Shown: one piece after another, positions 1 to 9,718 of the stretch | Layout of the letters: every line of letters starts with the position of its first letter | Position numbering within the stretch: position 1 is the first letter of the stretch | Source of the DNA: Vampirovibrionales bacterium | GTDB lineage: Bacteria; Cyanobacteriota; Vampirovibrionia; Vampirovibrionales; JAGQHJ01 | NCBI GenBank assembly: GCA_025451145.1 | Contig: JANWKX010000015.1 | Coordinates: forward strand, 1-58,599 | DNA length: 58,599 nt | Direction of reading: 5' to 3' | Program-made: the position numbers and the translations under genes | Notes under the pieces: generated by a model | The model's input: the letters and a program-made list of their open reading frames with translations, nothing else | What the model was told of the DNA's origin: nothing | Database searches by the model: none

Positions 1-507
1 ATTGAGCGACAACAACAGGAAAAAACCATTTACATTACCCCCAACAAGGCCGGTAAAATTGATTTGGCCTTGTCTTTTTATCATAAATATGTGCCGGTGA
101 AGCAGCCTGGTGAAGTCTTGACCAAGGCCTACACGTTTCTCCAGGAGAAAATGGTGATGAACTTCCAGGCCATGGGAGAAATTCTCACCGGAAAACGAAG
201 TGCCAAAGAAGTTTCTGGCCCAGTGGGCATTATTAAGCAAGGCGGCCAGATGATTCAAATTTTCGGATTATCCGAAGGCCTGGTGATTACCGCCTTGATC
301 AGTGTCATTTTGGCCATCATGAATATTTTGCCGGTCCCCATGCTGGATGGTGGCCACTTGCTCTTTATGTTCTTTGAGCGTATCCAAGGTCATCCCCTCA
401 AAAAGGAGCTTCAGGAGAAAGTGGTTCAGTTTAGTTTTGTGGTGCTTCTGGGGCTGATGTGCCTGATCTTGTGGAATGATCTCAACACCTATGTGCTGGG
501 ACATTAA
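1..507 (+). CDS. rseP: RIP metalloprotease RseP (site-2 protease), C-terminal part; 5' end lies outside the window
   Basis: Frame 1 is open from nt 1 with no stop. It contains 'SGPVGII' and the conserved 'NILPVPMLDGGHLLF' (NxxPxxxLDGG) motif, followed by a terminal TM helix. Confidence 0.8.
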   Translation: MERQQQEKTIYITPNKAGKIDLALSFYHKYVPVKQPGEVLTKAYTFLQEKMVMNFQAMGEILTGKRSAKEVSGPVGIIKQGGQMIQIFGLSEGLVITALISVILAIMNILPVPMLDGGHLLFMFFERIQGHPLKKELQEKVVQFSFVVLLGLMCLILWNDLNTYVLGH

Positions 508-578
508 GCATAAAGGCCTTATGAATCCTGGAAATGCCTTCTAACTATCTAACAGTTTGTTAAGAGAGGGTCCCATCA

Positions 579-1379
579 GTGTCTTCGAATCCAACTGCGG
601 CCTTGTTTGAGTTAAATGGACAAGTGGCTGTTGTCACGGGGGCTACCGGACGCTTGGGACGGGAAATGGCGTTTGCCCTTAATGATATGGGGGCAAATCT
701 GGTTCTGATTGCTCGAAATAAAGGCCCCTTACAAACGTTACGCTCCGAGCTTTCTACGCAGCGACGGGAGAGCGATGCTTTGGTTTTATCGATGGATTTT
801 CAAAGTGAGTCGGAGATTGAAAAAGCCTTCTCTGACATTCAATCCCACTTTGGACGGTTGGATATTCTCATTAATAACATTACCGGGAATACCGCTGAGC
901 CTGTCGAGACCTTGTCCGAAGTGACTTGGGATCAGACGTTGCATAATATCGTGACCGGGATGTTTCTCTGCTGTCAGAAGGCGGGGCAATTAATGACCCA
1001 ACAGGGGAAAGGAAACATCATTAATATTGCTTCGGTATACGGCCTGGTTGCAGCGGATCAAAGGATTTACGGGGACTCGGGCTTAAACAGTTCTGTGGCC
1101 TATGGCACTGGGAAAGCGGCTGTGCTTCAGTTGACCCGCTATTTAGCTGCCTATTGGGCTAGGCATAATATTAGAGTGAACGCCATTACCCCAGGCGGGG
1201 TGGAAGACCCGACCAATGCCCATACGGAATTTCGACAAAACTACACAGGCCGAACCCCGATGGAACGGATGATGCGCCGGGAAGAGATCCGAGGGCCGTT
1301 GATTTTTCTGGCGTCCAAGGCCTCTTCGTATGTAACGGGACATAACCTGGTGGTGGATGGAGGCTTTACGATTATTTAA
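579..1379 (+). CDS. SDR-family short-chain dehydrogenase/reductase
   Basis: 266 aa with a GTG start. Rossmann 'VTGATGRLG' (TGxxxGxG), 'LINNITG', and catalytic 'YGTGKAAV' (YxxxK). Confidence 0.85.
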   Translation: MSSNPTAALFELNGQVAVVTGATGRLGREMAFALNDMGANLVLIARNKGPLQTLRSELSTQRRESDALVLSMDFQSESEIEKAFSDIQSHFGRLDILINNITGNTAEPVETLSEVTWDQTLHNIVTGMFLCCQKAGQLMTQQGKGNIINIASVYGLVAADQRIYGDSGLNSSVAYGTGKAAVLQLTRYLAAYWARHNIRVNAITPGGVEDPTNAHTEFRQNYTGRTPMERMMRREEIRGPLIFLASKASSYVTGHNLVVDGGFTII

Positions 1380-2311
1380 TGCGCTATCGCCCTTTGGGAA
1401 AAACCGGCCTTCAGGTGTCTGAAATTAGTTTGGGTACCGTCCAATTGGGCTTACCCTATGGGTTACCGGATGCCTCAGGTAAACTGCCCTCTCTCTCAGA
1501 AACAGAAGCCATGACCATCATTCATCAAGCCCTCCAAGCCGGGATTAATGTTTTAGATACGGCCAGAAGTTATGGTGATAGCGAAACCATTATCGGTAAA
1601 GCCCTGAAAAAGCAATCTCGAGAGGTTTATGTGGCTACGAAGCTGGATCCTTTATCGGAAGAGATGAGCGATGAAGAGTTGGTCAAGCAGATTAAAGACA
1701 GCATTGAAGGCTCACGACGGGCCTTGGATCGAGAAACCATTGAACTGATGCAGGTTCATAATGCGACGGTTAAGTTACTGAAACGAGAAGCGCTCCTGGA
1801 TACGCTGGCCTATGCCCGTGGTAAAGAATGGATTCGATTTCAGGGTGTTACCACTTATGGGGTTGAGGCACCCCAGTTTGCGTTGAGCCAACGGTATTGG
1901 CATACGGTTCAGGTGGAATTTAATCTGTTGAACCAAAGCCTTTTGCCGATATTCGAACAGGCAAAAGAGGCCCAAGCGGGATTGATTATTCGATCGGCCA
2001 TGTTGAAAGGGGCCATTGGTTCTGATTCATCGACCTTGCCTGAATCTTTAAAGGCCCTGGCTGAAAAGACGCAAGGTCTCCCGGCCTATTTTGACCGGAA
2101 ATCCTTATCCGTTCCTCAAATTGCCCTGCTCTTTGTCTTAAGCCATCCCCAGGTTGCCACTGTTTTGACAGGTGTCATTCACCCAGAACAATTACAGGAA
2201 AACCTAGGCGCTTTAAACACAACGCTACTTAGCGATGCGCAATTGCAGGTCGCAAAAATCCTGGATTTGGGTGAAAGCGCTCTGACGGATCCCCGGCAAT
2301 GGGGCTTTTAA
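1379..2311 (+). CDS. aldo/keto reductase family oxidoreductase
   Basis: 310 aa with 'GLQVSEISLGT' and 'LDTARSYG', typical of AKRs. Its ATG overlaps the SDR stop (TAATG), suggesting translational coupling. Confidence 0.85.
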   Translation: MRYRPLGKTGLQVSEISLGTVQLGLPYGLPDASGKLPSLSETEAMTIIHQALQAGINVLDTARSYGDSETIIGKALKKQSREVYVATKLDPLSEEMSDEELVKQIKDSIEGSRRALDRETIELMQVHNATVKLLKREALLDTLAYARGKEWIRFQGVTTYGVEAPQFALSQRYWHTVQVEFNLLNQSLLPIFEQAKEAQAGLIIRSAMLKGAIGSDSSTLPESLKALAEKTQGLPAYFDRKSLSVPQIALLFVLSHPQVATVLTGVIHPEQLQENLGALNTTLLSDAQLQVAKILDLGESALTDPRQWGF

Positions 2312-2320
2312 GAGACTCTT

Positions 2321-2866
2321 TTATGCCGTCACAACCCCTTGAGATGAGGCATCATCAGAATGGTCATCCATTCCAGTCGCTCCTCCAGGTGCTGGTTGCG
2401 CTTCTTTAGGAGGATGCCACATGATGCCATCCCAAACATCTTTTAGAGCCTGCTTGAAATGATCAACAAGTGTTTTAATACTGGCTAATACCTGTTGGAG
2501 CTCCTCTCCAAAAGCATTTAATTCTTTTTCGAGCGCTGCCCGCCCATCATAATCTTGAGGGACTTTCGCTAAGATTTTGTCTGTGAGCGTTTTGTGATAC
2601 TCGGCTACACGTTGATGGACGACCTTAAATGCAGAGGTAACTGGTCCATCCTCGTCTGCACCATCGCCGCCTGAAGATGGTAGGCCATTAGCAGCAGAGG
2701 GTCCTGATTGTGTTGTTATTGTATCGCCAGAATGACCATCCCTAGAGAATAGGCCTCTCAAATTTGGAAGATTTGGAAGCTTCCAGCCAAAACGCGGGGC
2801 GTTGGCTGCCCTAGAGGAGAGTGCTGTCGAAAATCCAGTTTGTAACGCCATTGTCATTTTCTTCAT
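2321..2866 (-). CDS. hypothetical protein with a Gly/Ser/Pro-rich N-terminal half and a helical C-terminal half
   Basis: 181-aa ORF with no motif I recognise. GAGGG lies 9 nt upstream of the second in-frame ATG (2857), so the true start may be M4. It is followed upstream by an AT-rich gap. Confidence 0.5.
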   Translation of the reverse strand: MKKMTMALQTGFSTALSSRAANAPRFGWKLPNLPNLRGLFSRDGHSGDTITTQSGPSAANGLPSSGGDGADEDGPVTSAFKVVHQRVAEYHKTLTDKILAKVPQDYDGRAALEKELNAFGEELQQVLASIKTLVDHFKQALKDVWDGIMWHPPKEAQPAPGGATGMDDHSDDASSQGVVTA

Positions 2867-2990
2867 CCCTCAATCAATCGAAACGTTTTAGTATTCTAAT
2901 AGTGTTATAAAACCTGTTAAACCACTAGGATGATAGTTTGTAACAAAATGTAAATATTAAAATTGGAAGAGACCTAGTTTATGAAAACGG

Positions 2991-4013
2991 TTAGAGCGGG
3001 AGTTGGACTTTTTCGGATTTCAGTTTACGGCTCATCAGGCTTTTAATAAAGCTATCTTCAGATAGGGTTTCAAACAGGGCACGGTTAATTTCCTGGGTAA
3101 TGGGCATATCCAGGTCCAGCTTTTGGGCAATCCGGTAAACCGCACGGGCCGTTGAAACGCCTTCTGCCACCACTTTCAGTTCACTGAGAATATCCGGTAA
3201 GGTTTTGCCTTGGGCCAACATATAGCCCACCTGATAATTTCGGCTTAAAGGGCTGTTACTGGTGGCAAGCAAATCCCCAAGGCCACTTAAGCCGTAAAGT
3301 GTCATTTCTTGGGCGCCTAAGGTAATGCTAAACCGGGTCATTTCCGCAAGACCTCTGGTCAATAGCGCAGCACGGGCATTGTCCCCCAGTCTTTTGGCGG
3401 AAATATAGCCGCTGCTGATGGCAAAAATATTTTTCAAGGCCCCGCCGAGTTCAACCCCTGTCACGTCAGGGTTGGAATAAAGCCTTAAATGATAATCACA
3501 ACTGAGCCAAGTCTGGAGTTGCTCCGCTAGATCCAAATCATCAGATGCAATCGAGGCGGCTGTGGGCAAGCCTTTCAGGATCTCTTTGGCAAGGGTTGGT
3601 CCCGATAACACAGCTTGAGGGTTTCGGGGAAGTTCTTCCTGGATGACAATGGAAAGCCGTTTTAAGGTGGGAAATTCAATGCCTTTTGAGGTGTTCACCA
3701 CAATGACGGATGAGGATAGCCCTGCCTCTGCAAGCATCTGGCAAACGGATCGGGTGCCTTCGGCAGTGACGGCCAACGCCACAATATCGGTTCCAGCTAA
3801 AGCAGAGGCCAGATCCTCAACCAAATCGACCGAGTCCGGGATTTGAACCTCCAAGGGGAAGGTAATCGTTCGGTTCGCTCTCATGGCATGGATCTTTTCA
3901 GGGTTTCGATCCCACAGCCAAACATCGTTGGGTTCTTCTTGTGAGGGAAAAGTGCCCCAAAGCCAAGCCAATGTGAGCCCCCAGCTACCTGCCCCAAGCA
4001 CGCCGATTCTCAT
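2991..4013 (-). CDS. gpsA: NAD(P)H-dependent glycerol-3-phosphate dehydrogenase
   Basis: 340 aa with N-terminal 'IGVLGAGSWG' dinucleotide fold and 'GGALKNIFAI' motif. Its start overlaps the plsY stop by 4 nt. Confidence 0.9.
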   Translation of the reverse strand: MRIGVLGAGSWGLTLAWLWGTFPSQEEPNDVWLWDRNPEKIHAMRANRTITFPLEVQIPDSVDLVEDLASALAGTDIVALAVTAEGTRSVCQMLAEAGLSSSVIVVNTSKGIEFPTLKRLSIVIQEELPRNPQAVLSGPTLAKEILKGLPTAASIASDDLDLAEQLQTWLSCDYHLRLYSNPDVTGVELGGALKNIFAISSGYISAKRLGDNARAALLTRGLAEMTRFSITLGAQEMTLYGLSGLGDLLATSNSPLSRNYQVGYMLAQGKTLPDILSELKVVAEGVSTARAVYRIAQKLDLDMPITQEINRALFETLSEDSFIKSLMSRKLKSEKVQLPL

Positions 4014-4609
4014 AATTGATTCTCCTGATGTTGAACCAAACGTTTGATGTTACTGCGATGTAAGTAAATAATATACAGCCCCGTCAAGGTTGTCACAATG
4101 AGGTGGCTTAAGGGGCGATGAAAAACCCAGACCAGTGTCGGGAGTAAAATGGCCCCAATCATTGAGCCTAGGGATACGTAACGGGTCATTTTAATGACAG
4201 AAATAGCGACAAGGGCGGATATTAAAGCCGCCAAGGGCTCTAGGGCCAGAAACACGCCGAGGCTGGTAATGACGGATTTGCCGCCGCTAAAACCGATATA
4301 AATCGATTTGCTATGGCCCAATACCACCGCAATGGCTGACAGGACCGGGACCAATTGATAGGGGTCAACCGGCGGTCGAAAAATCGCCATGGCAATACTG
4401 ACTGGAATAAACCCTTTTAGACAATCTAAAATTAAGGTGGCAAGGCCTGCTTTTGAACCCACTACTCGTTTGACATTGGTTGCGCCAACATTCCCGCTGC
4501 CATGCTCTCGAATATCAATTCCTTTCAGCTTTTTGGCAATAATGTAGCCTGTTGGAATCGAGCCAATCAGGTAAGAGGCAATGATGTAAATGGTCGCTTC
4601 CCAAATCAA
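4010..4609 (-). CDS. plsY: glycerol-3-phosphate acyltransferase PlsY
   Basis: 199 aa, polytopic, with the conserved 'HGSGNVGATNV' motif. Its start overlaps the der stop by 4 nt. Confidence 0.9.
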   Translation of the reverse strand: MIWEATIYIIASYLIGSIPTGYIIAKKLKGIDIREHGSGNVGATNVKRVVGSKAGLATLILDCLKGFIPVSIAMAIFRPPVDPYQLVPVLSAIAVVLGHSKSIYIGFSGGKSVITSLGVFLALEPLAALISALVAISVIKMTRYVSLGSMIGAILLPTLVWVFHRPLSHLIVTTLTGLYIIYLHRSNIKRLVQHQENQL

Positions 4610-5961
4610 CCCTTGGTATCCTTCTCATCCTTACTACGACAAGCCAGTACGACTGGGCTTCCTTCAAAATCGATATTTTCTCGTAAGCGATGTTCTAAAT
4701 ATCGACGATAGGACTCTTTGAGCAGTTTATCACTGTTGACAAACAAGAGGAATGTCGGCGGGGCCACATCCACCTGGGTGCCATAATAAATTTTGAACCG
4801 TTTGTTCTTTAAGGGTGGTGGTGGGGATAAGGTGTAGGCTTCCAGCAAAACCTGGTTTACCACACTGGTTTGAATCCGACGGTGATTGTTCTCGTAGACT
4901 TTTAAGGCGAGTTCAAAGACTTTTTCGACCCGTTGGCCTGTTTTGGCGCTGGTAAACACAATGGGGGCAAACCGGCCATGAGGAGCCTCATGCTGAATTT
5001 CCTTTATAAATTCCTTGGTGGATTTGGGGGTTTTGGCCTCAACCAAATCCCATTTGTTTACCACGATAATCAGAGCCTTCCCGTATTGATTGCTGGTTTC
5101 AATAATGCGTTTATCCTGATCCGTAACGCCTTCAATGGCCTCAATGACCAAGACCGTCACATCTGCCCGTTTTAAGGAACGTATGGCTCGATCCACCGAG
5201 AAGAGTTCCACCCCGTAGGAGACTTTGGATTTTCGGCGAATCCCTGCGGTATCCACAAGAACAAAGTCATGATCATGCCAGAGGACTTCAGAATCAATGG
5301 CATCTCGGGTCGTTCCGGGGATGTCACTGACAATGGTCCGCTCTTCGCCAAGCAGTCTGTTGACGAGAGAGGATTTGCCAACATTCGGGCGTCCCACGAA
5401 AGCAATGCGAATGGCGCTGGTTTCAGGAGGCTGCATGCTGATCTCAGGGTTGTTGAGGTCCTGGACCGCTGTCATCACTTTATCCAATAAATCGCCGACG
5501 CCTACGGTGCCATGCATGGCTGAAATAGGAATAAGTTCGCTACTTAAACCCAGTTGATAGAACTCCGGGACAAGGCCTAACTGCTCACGGTTATCAATTT
5601 TATTGACGGCAATCAAGACGGGTTTTTTTAATGGCCGTATTTGTTTGACAATTTCCTCATCCAAAGCCGTGACACCGGCCTGACCGTCAACCACCAGGAT
5701 CACCACATCGGCTTCTTCCAATGCGACATCGACTTGCTGGTTGATTTGGCTCGTAAATTCCTCGTGTTCCCTGGGAACCAGGCCACCGGTATCCACAACG
5801 GTAAAGTGCTGATCTTGCCATTCTGCATCATAATAGGCCCGATCTCGGGTGACGCCCGGTAAATCATCTACGATTGCTTTACGGGCACCGACAATTCGGT
5901 TGACTAAAGTGGATTTACCGACGTTGGGTCGGCCGATAATGGCAATAATGGGTTCTCGCAT
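4606..5961 (-). CDS. der: ribosome-associated GTPase Der/EngA
   Basis: Two tandem G domains ('GRPNVGKST...DTGG...NKID' and 'GRPNVGKSS...DTAG...NKWD') plus a KH-like C-terminus. I chose the ATG at 5961 (MREPIIAIIGRP) over the upstream GTG at 5988. Confidence 0.92.
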   Translation of the reverse strand: MREPIIAIIGRPNVGKSTLVNRIVGARKAIVDDLPGVTRDRAYYDAEWQDQHFTVVDTGGLVPREHEEFTSQINQQVDVALEEADVVILVVDGQAGVTALDEEIVKQIRPLKKPVLIAVNKIDNREQLGLVPEFYQLGLSSELIPISAMHGTVGVGDLLDKVMTAVQDLNNPEISMQPPETSAIRIAFVGRPNVGKSSLVNRLLGEERTIVSDIPGTTRDAIDSEVLWHDHDFVLVDTAGIRRKSKVSYGVELFSVDRAIRSLKRADVTVLVIEAIEGVTDQDKRIIETSNQYGKALIIVVNKWDLVEAKTPKSTKEFIKEIQHEAPHGRFAPIVFTSAKTGQRVEKVFELALKVYENNHRRIQTSVVNQVLLEAYTLSPPPPLKNKRFKIYYGTQVDVAPPTFLLFVNSDKLLKESYRRYLEHRLRENIDFEGSPVVLACRSKDEKDTKG

Positions 5962-6005
5962 GGTTAGCTCTTTATTTTCTGTAATCACAGATTAAAATAA
6001 ACATT

Positions 6006-6836
6006 ATGAATTCTGAAGTCTTTCAAAAGCCAAAACCCCTTATTGGTGTCCTCCAATTGTTGCCCCTTCCTGGGTCTATTAGCTGGAAAGGGCGGATTGA
6101 TAAAGTGATTGCCCGTGCCGAACAGGAGGCCACAGCGCTGGCCACGGGTGGAATCAATGGCATTTTGGTGGAAAACACCTTTGATACTCCCTATGTTTCA
6201 GACCGCATGGATCCGGCAGGAGCCATTGCGATGGGGCTAATCATCCGGCGAATTATGCACTTTACCCATCTGCCCATTGGGGTCAGTGTCCTCAAAAATG
6301 ATCCGGAAACAGCCTTGGCCATTGCCATGAATGTGGGCGCCCGTTTTATTCGTGTGGGGCTGTTGACTGGGGCGGCTTTATCGGAAAGCGGTATTTTACA
6401 AGGTAAATTTCGGGATCTGGCAGCCTATAAACAAAAACTGCAAGTAGAAGGTATTGCAATTTATGCTGATGTCTCTCTCGAAAAAACCTTGCCATTGATT
6501 GGTGGGGCGTCTACTGAAGCACTTTCTTTGAAAGCCCTTGCCAAACAAGCCATTGATGTGGGTGGGGCAGATGGGATTATCCTCACGGATGTCAACTTGA
6601 CCCCAGCGGAGATTCAATCGGTTTGTGAAGCCATTGATGCGCCTGTTTTTTATGATTGTCCCCATCCTCTTCCCCAAGTAAAGCCTTATTTATCGGCAGC
6701 CGATGGCATGATTCTGTCGGAAAGCCTTAAAAAATCATCAGTGATTTCTCAAGATTTGACCCCGACAGTGGATCTGACCAAAGTTGAAGAGCTGATGGCT
6801 TTAACGGAAATGATGCCCGCTTCACTAACGGGCTAA
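6006..6836 (+). CDS. BtpA/SgcQ-family protein
   Basis: 276 aa with 'LIGVLQLLPLPGS', 'GINGILVENTFDTPY' and 'GARFIRV' matching the BtpA family pattern. Confidence 0.75.
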   Translation: MNSEVFQKPKPLIGVLQLLPLPGSISWKGRIDKVIARAEQEATALATGGINGILVENTFDTPYVSDRMDPAGAIAMGLIIRRIMHFTHLPIGVSVLKNDPETALAIAMNVGARFIRVGLLTGAALSESGILQGKFRDLAAYKQKLQVEGIAIYADVSLEKTLPLIGGASTEALSLKALAKQAIDVGGADGIILTDVNLTPAEIQSVCEAIDAPVFYDCPHPLPQVKPYLSAADGMILSESLKKSSVISQDLTPTVDLTKVEELMALTEMMPASLTG

Positions 6837-6903
6837 TCGTCTCACTTTTTCTTTTGGACAGGACATGGTTTTTGGGGGTGTCTTTGCCCATGAGGCAAGG
6901 GAT

Positions 6904-6932
6904 TTGCTGTCATGGAGTGCTTTGCGTATAAT
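6904..6932 (+). promoter_or_regulatory. sigma70-like promoter upstream of ssb (TTGCTG-17 nt-TATAAT)
   Basis: -35 TTGCTG at 6904-6909, a 17-nt spacer, and a perfect -10 TATAAT at 6927-6932. This lies about 40 nt upstream of the ssb ATG. Confidence 0.5.
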
Positions 6933-6971
6933 ATAGCATCCAATGATTTTAATCATAGACAAGGAAGCGCC

Positions 6972-7367
6972 ATGGCTGAAAATGACAAACTTCAAGGGGG
7001 ACTGAATAGCGTCACCATTGTGGGCCGCACGGGCCAGGATCCGGAACTCAAATATTTTGACTCCGGGAGCGTTAAAGCCAAATTTTCTTTAGCCGTCAAT
7101 CGGGGCGGTCGGGATAATCGTGAAACCGATTGGTTTAATATCGAAGCCTGGGGCCGCACGGCTGAAGTGGTTGGGGAATATCTCAAAAAAGGCCGAGAAG
7201 TCGCTGTAAACGGTCGCCTGAGTGTCCGCCAGTGGAAAGATGATGCGGGCAACGAACGGGATATGCTCTCAATCGTGGCTTCCGATGTTAAATTTTTGGG
7301 AAGCAAACGGGATAATGAAATGGGCAGTTATGCTGGCGGTGGGTCCCCTGAAAGGGCGCCCTTTTAA
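6972..7367 (+). CDS. ssb: single-stranded DNA-binding protein
   Basis: OB-fold signature 'NSVTIVGRTGQDPELKYF' and 'WFNIEAWGRTAE', a Gly-rich tail and a terminal '...APF'. The ATG at 6972 is preceded by AAGGAAG. The longer ORF from 6912 is probably not used. Confidence 0.9.
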   Translation: MAENDKLQGGLNSVTIVGRTGQDPELKYFDSGSVKAKFSLAVNRGGRDNRETDWFNIEAWGRTAEVVGEYLKKGREVAVNGRLSVRQWKDDAGNERDMLSIVASDVKFLGSKRDNEMGSYAGGGSPERAPF

Positions 7368-7392
7368 TCGTAGCAGTAGCGGAACATAAACC

Positions 7393-8733
7393 ATGCAAAT
7401 CCCTGGTGAATCCATTGGCATTATTGCAGATGACCTGACGGGCTCTTGCGATACGGCGCTCCAATTCTATCTGGAGGGGGATAACATCCGAATCCTGTTG
7501 GATTACACCATGGCATCCGCTTCAGCCAGCACCCATACCTGGGTTGTCAATACGGACTCCCGGCATCTGGAATCCTTTGACGCCATTGCGGCCGTTCGAA
7601 AATCCGTTCATTTTCTTCGTGAACAGGCCTCTATTGATCGGTATTATAAAAAGATTGATTCGACAATGCGGGGCCATGTTGCCCAGGAATGTCTGGCGAT
7701 TCTGGATGAACTTCGATGGAAGGCGGCGATTATTGTCCCGGCCTACCCGGATGAAGGTCGAATTACGGTGGGCGGTTATCAATTGGTCCGAGGCTTACCC
7801 ATTGGCCAAACGGAAACGGCGCGTGATCCGTTATTTCCCGTTCGGGAATCCCACTTGCCAACATTATTGGGGAAGACGTCTGATCCGGCGATTGTGGGTT
7901 ATGTCCCGTTATCGAAGGTCATCGATGGGGCTGGCCCCATTTTGAAGGCACTTCAGGAGCAGATTCAGCAAAATAAAAAACTGATTGTGGTGGATGCCTG
8001 CTCCGATACGGATTTAGAACAAATTAGTCTTGCCATTAACAAAATGCCTTCTGAGTTTGAGGTATTGCCTTGTGGTTCTGCCGGTCTTGCCAAAGCGCTC
8101 AGCAAAAAATGGATCCCTCAGATTGAGCGTCCTGCCCGGCCTCACTTGGTGATTGATACGGACCCCATTCTGTTGGTGATTGGAACGGCAAGTCAGAATA
8201 CCCGAAAACAGGTTCAAACCCTGATGGCCCATTATTCGGATTATCAGCCTGAAGGTGAGTTGCTGGTGATTAATTTTTCACCCACGCAAATCCTGGGTCT
8301 GGAAAACACGGATCAAGAAGTGATGCAAATCATTGACGCCCTGAAGCGACAGGTATCCGTCATTATTTCAACCTCTCTTGATGCAGAGAGCATTCAAAAA
8401 ACCATTATTTTAGGCGAAGAGCAAGAGCTTTCTTCTCATCAAACCTCAGCCTTGGCATCCATGTTATTGGCCAAAGTGACCCAACAGGTTTTATCCCAAG
8501 CTTCAGCCAAGCTCATTTTATCCGGGGGCGAAACCGCCAACATGGTGTGTAAAACCATTGGGACGCGCTCCCTTCAAATTATTGATCAGATTGAGACATC
8601 GATTCCCTTGATGATTGATGATAAGGCCCGTTGGATTGTCACCAAATCCGGGGGATTTGGAACCGCCATGAGTTTGTTTAACATCTGCCAAAACCTGAAA
8701 AGACTGGAAAGTCATGTCGTTCAGTGCCAATAA
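7393..8733 (+). CDS. four-carbon acid sugar kinase family protein (DUF1537)
   Basis: 446 aa with the N-terminal 'IIADDLTGSCDTALQF' motif and C-terminal 'LILSGGETA...KSGGFG', both characteristic of DUF1537 kinases. It overlaps the downstream PdxA-family gene by 20 nt. Confidence 0.8.
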   Translation: MQIPGESIGIIADDLTGSCDTALQFYLEGDNIRILLDYTMASASASTHTWVVNTDSRHLESFDAIAAVRKSVHFLREQASIDRYYKKIDSTMRGHVAQECLAILDELRWKAAIIVPAYPDEGRITVGGYQLVRGLPIGQTETARDPLFPVRESHLPTLLGKTSDPAIVGYVPLSKVIDGAGPILKALQEQIQQNKKLIVVDACSDTDLEQISLAINKMPSEFEVLPCGSAGLAKALSKKWIPQIERPARPHLVIDTDPILLVIGTASQNTRKQVQTLMAHYSDYQPEGELLVINFSPTQILGLENTDQEVMQIIDALKRQVSVIISTSLDAESIQKTIILGEEQELSSHQTSALASMLLAKVTQQVLSQASAKLILSGGETANMVCKTIGTRSLQIIDQIETSIPLMIDDKARWIVTKSGGFGTAMSLFNICQNLKRLESHVVQCQ

Positions 8734-9715
8734 TGGCAATGTCAATAATAAGGACCAGCTCACGTTATGCCTGACCCCAGGGGACCCGGAAGGCATAGGC
8801 CCTGAAATCACGCTTAAATTCTTGGCCCAGGCCAGCAATCAATTGCCGGATATCCGGTTTAAGATTGTGGGTTCATATAAGGCCCTGGAAAAAGCATCTT
8901 GTCTGTTAAATAGACCTATTCCCCAGACCGATCAATTTGAGTACCTTGATGTGGCCGGTACTTTGCCTGGTGAAATTTCTTACCAGGCAATTGAGCAGGC
9001 CGTTGAATTAATCCTCTCAGGACAGGCGCAAGGATTGGTGACCGGGCCCATTGCCAAAAACCATCTGGTTGATGCGGGGATTCCGGCCAGTGGCCACACT
9101 GAAATTCTGGAGCAGTTGGCCAATTGTTATTATCCCCATCAACGGCACCAGGCTGAAATGCTCTTTGTCTATCGCAATTTTCGGCTCTTGCTTTTGACCA
9201 GGCATATTCCTTTAGCACAAGTGAGTGCTGCCCTTCGACAAATGGATAGTCATAAAAGCCTGGAGATTCTATGCCGATTTCTTCAAAACCAAGTCGGCTT
9301 ACCCATTCCCAAAATTGCGCTCCTGGGAGTGAATCCCCATGCCGGTGAAATTGGTGGTGAAGAGGAGTCTCAAATCCTCGTGCCCTTAATGAAAACGTTT
9401 AATCAAACCAAAATGGCTGATATGGAAGGCCCTTTTCCGGCAGATGCCTTTTTTAGAGGCTTTGATGTGAACCATCCTGGCTATGACGCCATTGTGGCCA
9501 TGTATCACGATCAAGGGCTTATTCCCTTTAAGCTTTTGGCCGGATTAAAAGCCGTGAATGTGACCATTGGCTTACCGTTTATTCGAACGTCTGTCGGCCA
9601 TGGCACAGGGTTTGATATTGCCGGGCAAGGGGTTGCCAGTGAAGAGAGTCTTTGGGAGGCGGTTCAGGTGGCGATTCAACTGGCCAAGAATCAGCCTGTT
9701 ACCACCTTTTCTTAA
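8714..9715 (+). CDS. pdxA: PdxA-family 4-hydroxythreonine-4-phosphate dehydrogenase (possibly PdxA2-type 4-phospho-acid-sugar dehydrogenase)
   Basis: 333 aa with 'TPGDPEGIGPEI', 'GHTEIL', 'LGVNPHAGE', 'YHDQGLIPFK' and 'IRTSVGHGT' PdxA motifs. Confidence 0.85.
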   Translation: MSFSANNGNVNNKDQLTLCLTPGDPEGIGPEITLKFLAQASNQLPDIRFKIVGSYKALEKASCLLNRPIPQTDQFEYLDVAGTLPGEISYQAIEQAVELILSGQAQGLVTGPIAKNHLVDAGIPASGHTEILEQLANCYYPHQRHQAEMLFVYRNFRLLLLTRHIPLAQVSAALRQMDSHKSLEILCRFLQNQVGLPIPKIALLGVNPHAGEIGGEEESQILVPLMKTFNQTKMADMEGPFPADAFFRGFDVNHPGYDAIVAMYHDQGLIPFKLLAGLKAVNVTIGLPFIRTSVGHGTGFDIAGQGVASEESLWEAVQVAIQLAKNQPVTTFS

Positions 9716-9718
9716 GGC

